Below are positions 59,701-64,000 of a stretch of 64,000 nt of DNA, one piece after another; position 1 is the first letter of the stretch, and each line of letters opens with the position of its first letter. The notes under the pieces were generated by a model. It was not told the origin of the DNA. It saw only the letters and a list, made by a program, of their open reading frames with translations, and ran no database searches. Source of the DNA: Hormiphora californensis (Eukaryota > Animalia > Ctenophora); contig CM035358.1 of the NCBI GenBank assembly GCA_020137815.1, forward strand, positions 1,054,001-1,118,000. The letters are read 5' to 3'. Position numbers and translations under genes: made by a program.

Positions 59701-62081
59701 CTTATCTTCAGGGATTCGGAAACTTTGCTCTCGTTGTGGAGAACTTGACACGATTCTTGACGCAAATGCATGTCGCGAGGTCAGTGGTTTCCGTTCTGGC
59801 TCAACTCGCGAAATGTCCAAATCTGCCAGGTATGTTTCTAGTGGGCGCTGGTCGAACGGAGTTTGGTCACCGCCAATCGAGAAGAGGTCAATTGTGTCCC
59901 ACTGTGACAATGGCTCTTGGCTCAGGCTGACATTACTGACGTGATTCCGTGACATCAGTAAACGTTTTGAAGCTCACCAGTTGGTGTAAAGTAGGGACTG
60001 CCGATACGGGTGTGTTTGGAAAGGGACGTTCTTGGGGTGGTTTCGTGACACGTATGGGGCGTACCCGTCAGCTAGAGCGTAAAGGCGAAAGTAAACACGT
60101 TGTCTTTTATTTTGTGAATGTAAAAGTAACGGTAAAGGATTGTTACAGTTCAGTTGACTAAGAGAACACACGCTTTTGAAAGTTGCTTCGCTCCGACAAA
60201 AGAAAACTCACTCTCAAAACATCAATCGCTCTTCTCTCTCAGATCTCAGAAAACGCGCGCGCGTGTCACCAAAGCGACACACACGCGCGCGCGAAGATGC
60301 TGTGCTTTTAATAGAACTCAGCGTCAAAACAAGCACCTTCGCGATAGGACACAGACACAAACACACATTCTCGCACACACAAACACACAGGGCTGGCCCA
60401 GTTCTGCACCATAATATATGTACTAACATTTCTAACTCTCGATATATCTTATTGTTTAGTAACACAACGAATACGAAGACGTATAAAGTTGTAGCAACGC
60501 CTCAAGCCATGGACTTCACTTGGGAGACTAGCAATGTGTAAGTTCATGAAATATCATTCTTGTTCATATTGGTGTCTCTTAATTAACGGGTGTCTGGCGG
60601 CGCCTAAACCCGTTTTAATTCGTGTTCAGATTGGGTCAGCACGGCCTGACAGCTAATTGTCATCTACCTGAACCTCTCGGACCTCCCTTACTCAACCTAA
60701 TACTTATAATACTGTCCCTTCTCTAACCTCTCCTCCCACAGCGTCGAAGGATGGAATTACTTGAGACTACATGCAAATGGCGGAGGGATAACACTTGACA
60801 TTAATGATGATACAGGGGTATACAGAGAGTCCTCCGTGAACCAACTGGAAGCTTTTAAAATCGGTATTTATATTACTTTCATTCATGCTGTAGCACTAAC
60901 AAAGATTCAAGATGTGCAAAGTGCTTGTCTGATCACCCGTTTCAGCGACAATTCTAAACCAACTTGAACTTCAGTTGCCTTGCTCGGCCCTTTCTCACAT
61001 TTTCATTTTTCAGGAGGTGCAACTTCATGTGGTATATTCTCCGGTGCTATGACTCGATTCACGATCAATGGAGCTCCTTTTAGTTGGACTGTTGGACAGG
61101 GTAAGCTAAAACACTGTTACCAGTAGAGAAGAGCGAGTATATTATGTTGTAATTTAAAGTTGTTCGGCCGAGGAGAACGGATGATCAGGAAGTGAAGCTG
61201 GGCAGATGATTGAACCAATTTCCCCCCGTATTTTCAGATGTAAAGGATTGTTCTGCTGAGGCCGATAAACTGATGGGAGTTGGAGACGAGGGATCTGCTG
61301 AACAATGGGCCATGGTATTTTGAAGAACATTGAGAAAAGTGTGGTGATTTGCTTACTTTTAGAGAGTTTAATAGAAGTAACCTCTGTTGAACGGTCTGTA
61401 ACTATGTAAATTAATCGGAGGTGAGGACTGAAAAGTTTTAATTTTTATATCTTAGTTTTTATAGTTTTAGCTGATTTGTTTAGAAAAAAAGATAATTGTT
61501 TTGATTTTGCAAAATGTCAGCGACCCCGAAGGGACTCGAACCCCCAATCTTCTGATTCGAAGTCAGACGCCTTAGCCATTAGGCCACGAGGCCGACGAGT
61601 TTCTCACATTCTTCACGTATATATTCCACGCATGTTTCACAGAATTAATTAGAGACTTTTGCATACATAATTCAGATTAAGATAAACAAGTTATTTTGGT
61701 ATAAAATGTTTGAAACATATACTACACCGTCACCACGCTAGCGTTTCAAAATAATTGTTAGTCGAACATCCCTTCTTAACAGCTCCACTTGCCTTGTTTG
61801 ACCCTCCCTCCCCGGGTTTGAACAAAACAAAGCTCAGCCACGAATTTAGGCCATCTATACGAGCCCAAATTGACACCACATTAGTCGATTTATACAAACA
61901 TGATTACAAACAATATGTAAATTCTAGCTGCCCGGTATGATAAATCTGTCTCATGCTAAAAAATATTAGCTTGACACTGCATTCACAGGAGTATAGCGGT
62001 CTATCTGATTCACATTTCGCACTGTCTTTCATACACTTCAGAACATCTATGTACAACATTGAGATATTTAAGCGTCTATAA
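24173..62081 (+). CDS. Large secreted multidomain ECM-like protein: signal peptide, ~4 LDLa, several Ig, EGF repeats alternating with LamG-like modules (perlecan/agrin-like)
   Basis: About 47 small GT-AG exons. Signal peptide 24173-24227. LDLa 24306-24447 (FYCDNGQTVIPKERQCDTYIDCDDETDEIGC), 24740-24874, 25047-25152, 25555-25693. Ig 26821-26959 (ITCEASGVPTPTIHFW), 27566-27639 (SGTFSCSASN), 28372-28485 (IDCNATGNHTP), 33201-33346, 33610-33755. EGF 33972-34104, 34300-34403, 34822-34965, 39360-39472, 45366-45439, 45631-, 50837-50940, 51112-. LamG-like beta regions 40180-45091, 45730-46641, 49973-50353, 51424-61100 (GIFSGAMTRFTING). Terminal exon 61989-62081 is tentative. Confidence 0.8.
25470..25525. 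repeat. Perfect 27-bp-arm hairpin in an intron
   Basis: CTATTGTGACAAGTGAAACAAGGTTTT-AC-AAAACCTTGTTTCACTTGTCACAATAG. Confidence 0.9.
26232..26475 (+). repeat. ~37-bp tandem repeat multiplying a splice acceptor and exon start
   Basis: Six units of CCTGCAGGTGACATTCACCAATATTAACAAGTGTGTT; the last unit runs into the true exon (VTFTNINKYVYG). Confidence 0.85.
26599..26693. mobile_element. hAT-type MITE copy 3
   Basis: Same family; TSD GTAATTAT/GTAACTAT overlaps the 5' splice donor. Confidence 0.8.
27385..27493. mobile_element. hAT-type MITE copy 4, reverse orientation
   Basis: 8-bp TSD GTACTGGT. Confidence 0.85.
27722..28370. repeat. ~32-bp minisatellite with palindromic core GTTACCATGGTAAC and variable (CT)n
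   Basis: About 16 units of TTTAGTTACCATGGTAACACCCTGAC(TC)n. Confidence 0.9.
28952..30297. repeat. 12-bp minisatellite (CCCCACTACTAA)n with higher-order structure and a ~470-bp internal duplication
   Basis: Direct read; a partial exon copy at 29841-29906 is repeated at 30311-30376. Confidence 0.95.
32021..32742 (-). CDS. Nested two-exon gene for a 211-aa secreted Cys-containing precursor with an RRKR site
   Basis: Exon 1 32742-32512 (77 codons, MAALCIFLLLSIFSVQHFG signal peptide), GTAAGT donor, 86-nt intron, TTAAAG acceptor, exon 2 32425-32021 in phase 0, joining two track ORFs; ...KPRRKR|QFSEYDIL...FLCCTLEAALQF*. Confidence 0.72.
34395..34659 (+). repeat. 30-bp tandem repeat multiplying an exon end and splice donor
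   Basis: (GATATCAGGGTAGGTATGGGTGATGTGGGT)n starting at the 3' end of EGF exon 34300-34403. Confidence 0.9.
34993..35083. mobile_element. hAT-type MITE copy 5, truncated and abutting the LINE
   Basis: GACCGAATCAGGAAATACTGGTCCCTGATTGGCTG...TTACTTGTTTCGG. Confidence 0.75.
35198..37699 (+). CDS. LINE ORF2: C-terminal part of the APE endonuclease plus reverse transcriptase
   Basis: GDFN, PTH..GGTLDL, SDH (APE); NYRPVSNL, QSGYR..HSCET, LDMSAAFDTVDH, GVPQGSLLGPVLF, YADD, SRLDYCN. Confidence 0.93.
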   Translation: MGDFNFQVHDTQNFYAKKLLALLDSLGFDQLVPMQPTHVRGGTLDLLLCQKDRVSKVQSVTIFPEGTTSDHFMVLADLLIETTRSEYKTREQIDTYRDFRAVDLELFRRAFGDVDWSAVMESKSAEDALAAYSRIIDDLVERTVPLKRKKKKGAKIKPWRDNPEVREVLRLRRKAERAWESNRTSITKKQFNDLKRQFGRVDKEARMKYVKDDLEESRDDPKALQRKLSRLLGNNETFLPETSDKRKLADDFGDFFVGKVERIRTTVLEEQNQRTTRNVLHQTPVCCFEKFEEVSPEKLIRIIKDMPDKTCDLDLIPTWLVKGCIDELATALCKFVNLSLQCSSVPDILQQALVFPTIKNPHGDKDSLSNYRPVSNLPFISKLLEKVVLEQLNSYLNENELLNKHQSGYRVGHSCETLLMGMFDDLLRDLDEGKVTGLFLLDMSAAFDTVDHGKLLETLEGRFGVKGSVLDWFASYLQCRNYRVNVEGELSRIITLICGVPQGSLLGPVLFLLYVEELQDLVRPFGLRIKLYADDSQLYISLVPTDEDGWNAAKERIEECLSSVKLWMSDHWLKCNEAKTEFLLLGKSSALDKMVFQPTVSFGGVEISPMEFTGSAGKTLGVFLDSNISMERQINSVKKQCGMLLKNLWQVNRCLDKPTKMLLVKQLIVSRLDYCNVLYSGLPKKLLDSLQRVLNSCVRFVYGLYGHQDSYMPYLSEMHVLPIEQRVKFKVCLMAYKIVHGLAPVYLQEQVPVDDGLHVIRTTRGNAQPDGLKLRYPKLSSVNATSKLRRRRPSVYLPEVWNKLSIDLRAIDSVDSFKSKLKTSLFIEAFGES
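37999..38878. mobile_element. Non-autonomous piggyBac-type element
   Basis: TTAA on both sides; TIR CCCTTTGAGACCGATAG / CTATCGGTCCCAAAGGG; internal repeats of GGGTCACCAGTGACCC; no ORF. Confidence 0.9.
39538..39660. mobile_element. hAT-type MITE copy 6
   Basis: Full TIRs; 8-bp TSD CAAAGGAG. Confidence 0.92.
41532..41669. repeat. Perfect 67-bp-arm hairpin with a 4-nt loop, 3' of the His-rich gene
   Basis: CAAATAAAAACAAGGAAG...TGTATTTC-ATCA-GAAATACA...CTTCCTTGTTTTTATTTG. Confidence 0.93.
41875..44001 (-). CDS. Nested 708-aa secreted His-rich polypeptide precursor with ~40 RR-delimited GVEERP-His peptides
   Basis: ATG at 44001 (AAAAATG context), ~10 nt after a CTCCCCTAG acceptor; signal peptide MKLIVIVALAIMAVTA; uninterrupted 45-51-nt repeats (GVEERPHGPHGRHHH-RR, GVEERPHGPHHPHH-RR, GVEERPRHHHHHHH-RR); TAA immediately after the array. 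Confidence 0.85.
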   Translation of the reverse strand: MKLIVIVALAIMAVTAEERPRGPHGRPHHHRGVEERPHGPHHPHHRRGVEERPHGPHGRHHHRRGVEERPHGPHGRHHHRRGVEERPHGPHGRHHHRRGVEERPHGPHGRHHHRRGVEERPHGPHGRHHHRRGVEERPHGPHGRHHHRRGVEERPHGPHGRHHHRRGVEERPHGPHGRHHHRRGVEERPHGRHHPHHRRGVEERPHGPHHPHHRRGVEERPHGPHGRHHHRRGVEERPHGPHHPHHRRGVEERPHGPHGRHHHRRGVEERPHGPHGRHHHRRGVEERPHGPHHPHHRRGVEERPHGPHGRHHHRRGVEERPHGPHGRHHHRRGVEERPHGPHHPHHRRGVEERPHGPHGRHHHRRGVEERPRHHHHHHRRGVEERPRHHHHHHHRRGVEERPHGRHHPHHRRGVEERPHGPHHPHHRRGVEERPHGPHHPHHRRGVEERPHGPHGRHHHRRGVEERPRHHHHPHHRRGVEERPRHHHHHHHRRGVEERPHGRHHPHHRRGVEERPHGPHHPHHRRGVEERPHGPHHPHHRRGVEERPHGPHGRHHHRRGVEERPHGPHHPHHRRGVEERPHGPHHPHHRRGVEERPHGPHGRHHHRRGVEERPHGPHGRHHHRRGVEERPHGPHGRHHHRRGVEERPHGPHHPHHRRGVEERPRHHHHHHHRRGVEERPRHHHHHHHRRGVEEHPRHHHHHHRRHGVE
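46994..47066 (-). tRNA. trnR-TCG: tRNA-Arg (anticodon TCG)
   Basis: GGCCTCGTGGCCTAATGGCTAAGGCGTCTGACTTCGAATCAGAAGATTGGGGGTTCGAGTCCCTTCGGGGTCG; cloverleaf, A and B boxes, TTTT terminator. Confidence 0.95.
47286..47358 (-). tRNA. trnR-TCG: tRNA-Arg (TCG), identical copy
   Basis: Same 73-nt sequence followed by CTGACATTTT. Confidence 0.95.
47764..47836 (-). tRNA. trnR-TCG: tRNA-Arg (TCG), identical copy
   Basis: Same 73-nt sequence followed by CTGACATTTT. Confidence 0.95.
48621..49910. mobile_element. Foldback (fully palindromic) MITE split by a retroelement insertion
   Basis: 48621-48696 is the reverse complement of 49835-49910, and 49635-49848 is itself palindromic; removing the insert restores a ~340-bp hairpin GGGCGG...CCGCCC. 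Confidence 0.85.
48697..49634 (+). mobile_element. 5'-truncated CRE-like non-LTR retrotransposon (restriction-like endonuclease end)
   Basis: GASSWL..LP, FRDAILLRY, CACG..HCLSC, RHN.IRD, ARLDVSAR..YTDIRV, HEREK..Y, FTPLVFSTTG.MG; short A-tail; 14-bp TSD AAAAGTATGGTTGG (48683-48696 and 49635-49648). Confidence 0.85.
51719..52148 (-). repeat. 3' LTR (430 bp)
   Basis: Direct repeat of 59982-60411. Confidence 0.95.
52990..53320. repeat. ~120-bp (2 x 60) tandem repeat in the Gypsy 3' UTR
   Basis: Repeated GGGTTGTCGAGTACACTCAACTT...AAATCCAA units. Confidence 0.85.
53490..55250 (-). CDS. Gypsy integrase (HHCC + DDE), out of frame with upstream pol
   Basis: H..HTGHAG..CVNC, VIDH, ITDVYS, ICDQ, GRAENSN, GPF motif (FSGPFPV); frame is open back to ~55250. 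Confidence 0.9.
   Translation of the reverse strand, partial: RRRKEWSYEQEIHCLCASIQQNGVDIPVAGKTWTEWETAQEQDDILKLVRKWVSDGNRQVVQANRAPPDLESLWKQYQLLRLEDGVLQRKWLDIKTNDSNWLIVVPMKEREELIRQAHDFHTGHAGVSATVDHLRRNFYWPAQPKQVGLYIGQCVNCASNKQRQQTFQAEMATFVCHEFNAVIVIDHIVPEARGSTIRGNKNVLTITDVYSNFLVAVPTKTQTSVESREKILAHWIWKFGWPREIICDQHQNFNGKEFKDFFEKLNVKVQHGQAYSARSTGRAENSNKKIDRILRATLFESNPKDWDLHLDQVCFKLNNTRSRRTGFTAHRIVFGTEPNMPDALHLRRPMDKKDKTPQMGIPASVYNRYREICNLSYKIRQNVDEDLIAAKKQFNKRLNDPELAIGDQVLVKIPCPVHKFGPRFSGPFPVSQVLSPYLYRVKMSVGDKVIGVGKLKLFARNGKTVECKNSEKLKETESNPPMMPVLVQHANADHQDCNETSVEIVPTPEKPEADQKIVETSSPSPEQPEDDHDTAETSSPTPEQPEDDHDTAETPSPDQTSPPVTGGNDRRIRLRAHVKPPDRFRG
55178..58645 (-). CDS. pol: Gypsy Pol: aspartic protease, RT, RNase H
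   Basis: FIDTGSQ, ILLGDPF, WNSPTFLVRK, YRLVCDLR, FDLTRGYWQ, FVDD, LDASEKGLGA, TKLEFEA, ITDC. Confidence 0.93.
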   Translation of the reverse strand: MLCLSSEWTPQQKLPEPRMAVKRESGRRFSQRGHTPELRPRQLIERTVTPAQKKEIEENRVTTPESVPVKCVWDSPRSDKVYPREEEGDTATSLNSTQAVAGTEVAPDENDKGLSTASDVDSKELVITPKSSPRTKKTEKVVIRKQEKNQSHTDVSDEKNEIVDSSAVVEVEGNNEDDTERKKKRNKRSKAAKVKALSGEEIRKSQEIIVNGLIHGPAWCEDQTKHPVRMFIDTGSQVNLIDWTTVCKYGLVSEICETQRKLRDFSGNRIPCRGAISLNMIVGGATINLVNFVVCEGMDTDILLGDPFCRSTGAALDYTNAELRVPNGEPVPFLPRPRSTKKILQIRWGETTTIPPHTMGYVVGSLKDDCLGDTIGLVSTDWSRKNNGLLIGDAIAEAMEGDIPMRVLNFSEEPITLRRGDKAAKFRPVPGYDPYSRVEWEDRIQFLRESEEPEVEKWTKEELFERLKVKTASRNLTKQQAQDLQDIIWEHRDCFAYDEYDLGSCNMYKATIKLKEGATPQWTPPFPCPYKLEGEMQKTIDEMVKTNVVEILPQRSDWNSPTFLVRKKTPKGQPQRYRLVCDLRNVNKMCMPANFPLAHLDHVLDKIGQDKIFSSFDLTRGYWQLPYDESSKQITAFLYKNTQYAFSKTVMGHRSSGPSFCDMMNRLLGSLPIEQVVQFVDDLLLSSVTADQHLDRLERLLSRLYGANLKISPDKSQLMRDAVDFVGVRVSGGGISITEDRVADLLALREPESKKEVMQAMGALNYVRKWIPAYSSISKPIFASIRGGKECKFKWTKECSEAYAKLKQLVAESTQLAIPNPEDPYSSYEVTLDASEKGLGASLSQELDTPEGGRERRIVAYYSRALPEYKRARGQTKLEFEALFAAIQHWTIYLYNVKQFVVITDCLSLVKAEGTLFTKPDNAVTKKVMKLAEFNFKLQHLSGPENKICDWLSRFSLPPTKIEAETQTTPQTHEDLTKVVKVVNLCDRNNEEMQQDVIRKIPEDRHNSTESEADTESNHEDCSSSSVDTGTYMSTEDSSEDISLSTIRVNSVSECEVFLIKSTQFPAASYVTEYEYFSNEDKPPTQSDEDSHPQHESIGSEETLGLCKILNDLVSCEEISTCPEKVMTENNEEEEKNGHMSRRFIVYAHRSSKTG
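58516..59955 (-). CDS. gag: Gypsy Gag with three CCHC zinc knuckles
   Basis: Q..ESVSDF..RI motif; CKFCKKTNHTEANC, CQICGQDLHEARNC, CYVCHQNGHLSRNC. Confidence 0.92.
   Translation of the reverse strand: MSRNHVSNVSLSQEPLSQWDTIDLFSIGGDQTPFDQRPLETYLADLDISRVEPERKPLTSRHAFASRIVSSSPQREQSFRIPEDKPRIPEKRMSRTLDRSRALSCRSTSSNNPNVPRNPVVVPASRPVADQRNVQPTQVDQNRYRTPPSGIKPPKFKEGNSLKSYLKRFEDYLSMATENPQDVRGILLNCLKCDATYDRIRRLKFSQEEMANPHKLLQFIRDAILNDAAIAETNRLELKDIKQDEHESVSDFAERIHRAAELAFPGESDDRVNANKIDALQDGLHDRDVAKDVCDWKKQDVAFETLVAEAERAATQNKIFKRGGADYGATVYAIRSDGRMSQNQPYQRKSWNPCKFCKKTNHTEANCRFKITCQICGQDLHEARNCPVLASTIQTDVNPMQNQQTMNFRPQTFTTGNRRQATSSVPGTREHDRANGLCYVCHQNGHLSRNCQNRGWQLNERAVGDFHNADTHQNSGRAN
58525..58585 (-). 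promoter_or_regulatory. Putative -1 ribosomal frameshift signal at the gag/pol overlap
   Basis: In-frame G_UUA_AAC (58585-58579), 6-nt spacer, then a 10-bp stem GCGGUCGGAG/CUCCGGCCGC; pol is in the -1 frame. Confidence 0.7.
59982..60411 (-). repeat. 5' LTR (430 bp)
   Basis: Direct repeat of 51719-52148. Confidence 0.95.
61521..61593 (-). tRNA. trnR-TCG: tRNA-Arg (TCG), identical copy
   Basis: Same 73-nt sequence followed by CTGACATTTT. Confidence 0.95.
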
Positions 62082-63872
62082 TAGTTGTGGCAAAATTGCT
62101 ACAGGATTAAGGTCAAATGATTGTCCTATAACAACTCCTAGGACTAACTATCCAAAAACATCCCTAAGGACCTTTACACACCAACGGACGTACGTACGTA
62201 CGTACGTACGGATTGTGTCGGGACACACCAACGGACGTACGGATTGCGCGCAGTGGATACCCGCGTTCTCAGAAACAGCTGCGCTAAGCTCTTTGAAGTA
62301 AAGGCACCGCGCCTTACGTCGATGAACAGACCTAACTTGCGATTAGGCAATTACCACATGAATAGAAGAAATCCTCAACTGCTCACTCTTACAAATCCTA
62401 TGAACCGGTAGTTGGTACTTGCCTCTCTATCTACAACGTCTTTTAAAGTATGAATAGTTTCACCCTTCAGCCGACCGAACATTGGGACAAAATAAATAGT
62501 TCTTTGCTATTAGGATGGAATCTTATAACAAATTGAAAACGCAAAGTTTCTAAGAGACAGACACAAACACAGTGTAAACTATTTCTGGACACTACTTTAT
62601 CGATCACACTATATGTATGTAATATTCTCAAGAGTTTTGTTAACACCATGGTAAAAAGATGTTCGTGATATCATAGTGCCTAATCCTAAAGTTAAATTTT
62701 AGTACATCAAATCTCCATGTACCACCCTACCTCACTCAGCCGTATCCCTGTTGATAGGGTCATGCAGGACGAGTAGACAACTCCCGTAGTCTTATACTTT
62801 AAGTGCGGAGTGTCAAGAAGTCCGTACCGTAGCTTGTCAGATAATTCCGTTATATTATTAATTTGTTGGAGAAAGGGAGTCTTATACGGATGATGATTCA
62901 AGGCATCGATTTTAGATGCACAATTATATTGCTAGTAGATTGGGATGTGGATACGTAATCGTACAAGAGAGGGTGTTTGTAACCGTATCGGCATAATCTG
63001 GGAGGAGGGGAGGAAGGTTTAGTTAAAAGAGCGTCCAGTTTACCTATGCTCCTTTTAGAATTGGTTTACGATATTTCAAAAAGACCACCGTACTAGCTGA
63101 GAAAGAGACACAAATCATACTCTTCGTGAACGCAAGTCGTGCATTTGGATTTCCAGTCTTTCTCCCGCTTCTGACTTCCCTTTCTCTTACTGTAGTTCAC
63201 ATGGGGGGGCCACTATCAGAAAATGAACAAGAATCGATAATTTACGTAACCTTCTATCTGGCCGGGATCCGAAATACAGTGGGCGAGGCAACTAAAATGT
63301 GATTTGAATGGGAGCCTCTCTCATTATCTCTAGTGCTCAGTCGTGGGTACAGTTAGTCAGGACCTGCAAGGAGAGCTGTTATTACATATCTAGGTATGTA
63401 TGATTGTGTAAAAATTCCCTCTTATTCCCTTCCTGAATTCCCCTCGACAATGTTCTTATGTTACATTTGTTCGCGGCGTGGTGAAGCAGGTGAACAAGAC
63501 AATCAGTTCAGTACTCACCAGCTACACTGAGCAGTGTATCCTTAGGTATAATCTCAGTCGCCACTGCAGACTACTCAACACCCTGATACAGCCCTGGAGT
63601 GTGTCGCTACCTCCCTGAATCAGAATGCAGAATGGTGATGCCAAGCCTGCCGAACTATTTGTCACCGTCACTATTTGTTCGTAGTGTAGAGTTTTACTGA
63701 TCGTCAAACCTAGAGGATGAACAGGGTTTAGAGAGATCTGCACTCGGTATCAGGGGAGTGTGAGCAGGTTGTTATGTTCTGAGTTCTGACCCACCTAAAA
63801 ATTTGTAAACATACACAACAAGAATCCCATTCAAAAGAAAGACTATGAAATGCTCTTCTCTCTCTCTCTCTC

Positions 63873-63904
<32 letters not shown>

Positions 63905-63911
<7 letters not shown>

Positions 63912-64000
63912 TCCATCTCCATCTCCATCTCCATCTCCATCTCCATCTCCACATCTCCATCCTCCATTCTCCATCTCCATCTCCATCTCCATCTCCATCT
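63905..64000. repeat. (CCATCT)n microsatellite
   Basis: Direct read. Confidence 0.9.

Larger units (their letters stand above)
51719..60411 (-). mobile_element. Full-length Ty3/Gypsy LTR retrotransposon, recent insertion
   Basis: Two 430-bp LTRs that look identical (TGGTG...CACCA), 4-bp TSD TAAT, gag then PR-RT-RH-IN order, PBS-like TGG next to the 5' LTR. Confidence 0.96.

Noticed and set aside
62200-63760. Possible minus-strand exons near the window end
   Set aside because: Some splice-like signals, but I could not build a phase-consistent model or recognise a product

Overview
Eukaryotic, intron-rich, (GA)n-microsatellite-rich DNA. It is most likely a ctenophore (Pleurobrachia-like); this rests on my recollection of the abundant ~110-bp CAGGAACCGACCGA...TCGGTCGGTTCCTG repeat and was not checked by search. 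Host genes in order: (1) a multi-exon DEG/ENaC (ASIC-like) channel (2138-10639, +) with a pair of mutually exclusive finger-domain exons and non-canonical pore motifs (HG->DY, GxS->GMN); (2) an intronless Pro/Glu/Lys-rich ORF; (3) an orphan multi-exon gene; (4) a RUNDC3/RPIP8-like RUN-domain gene (-); (5) a ~38-kb secreted LDLa-Ig-EGF-LamG (perlecan/agrin-like) gene (24173-~62081, +). Introns of gene 5 carry two antisense nested secretory-precursor genes. One is a 708-aa signal-peptide protein of ~40 RR-flanked His-rich repeats; the other is a 211-aa Cys-containing RRKR-cleaved precursor. The same introns also hold four identical tRNA-Arg(TCG) genes, an L2/CR1-type LINE, a piggyBac-type MITE, a CRE-type RLE retroelement inserted in a foldback element, and a young full-length Gypsy LTR element with a -1 frameshift signal. 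Exon coordinates were read by eye and may be off by a few nt.
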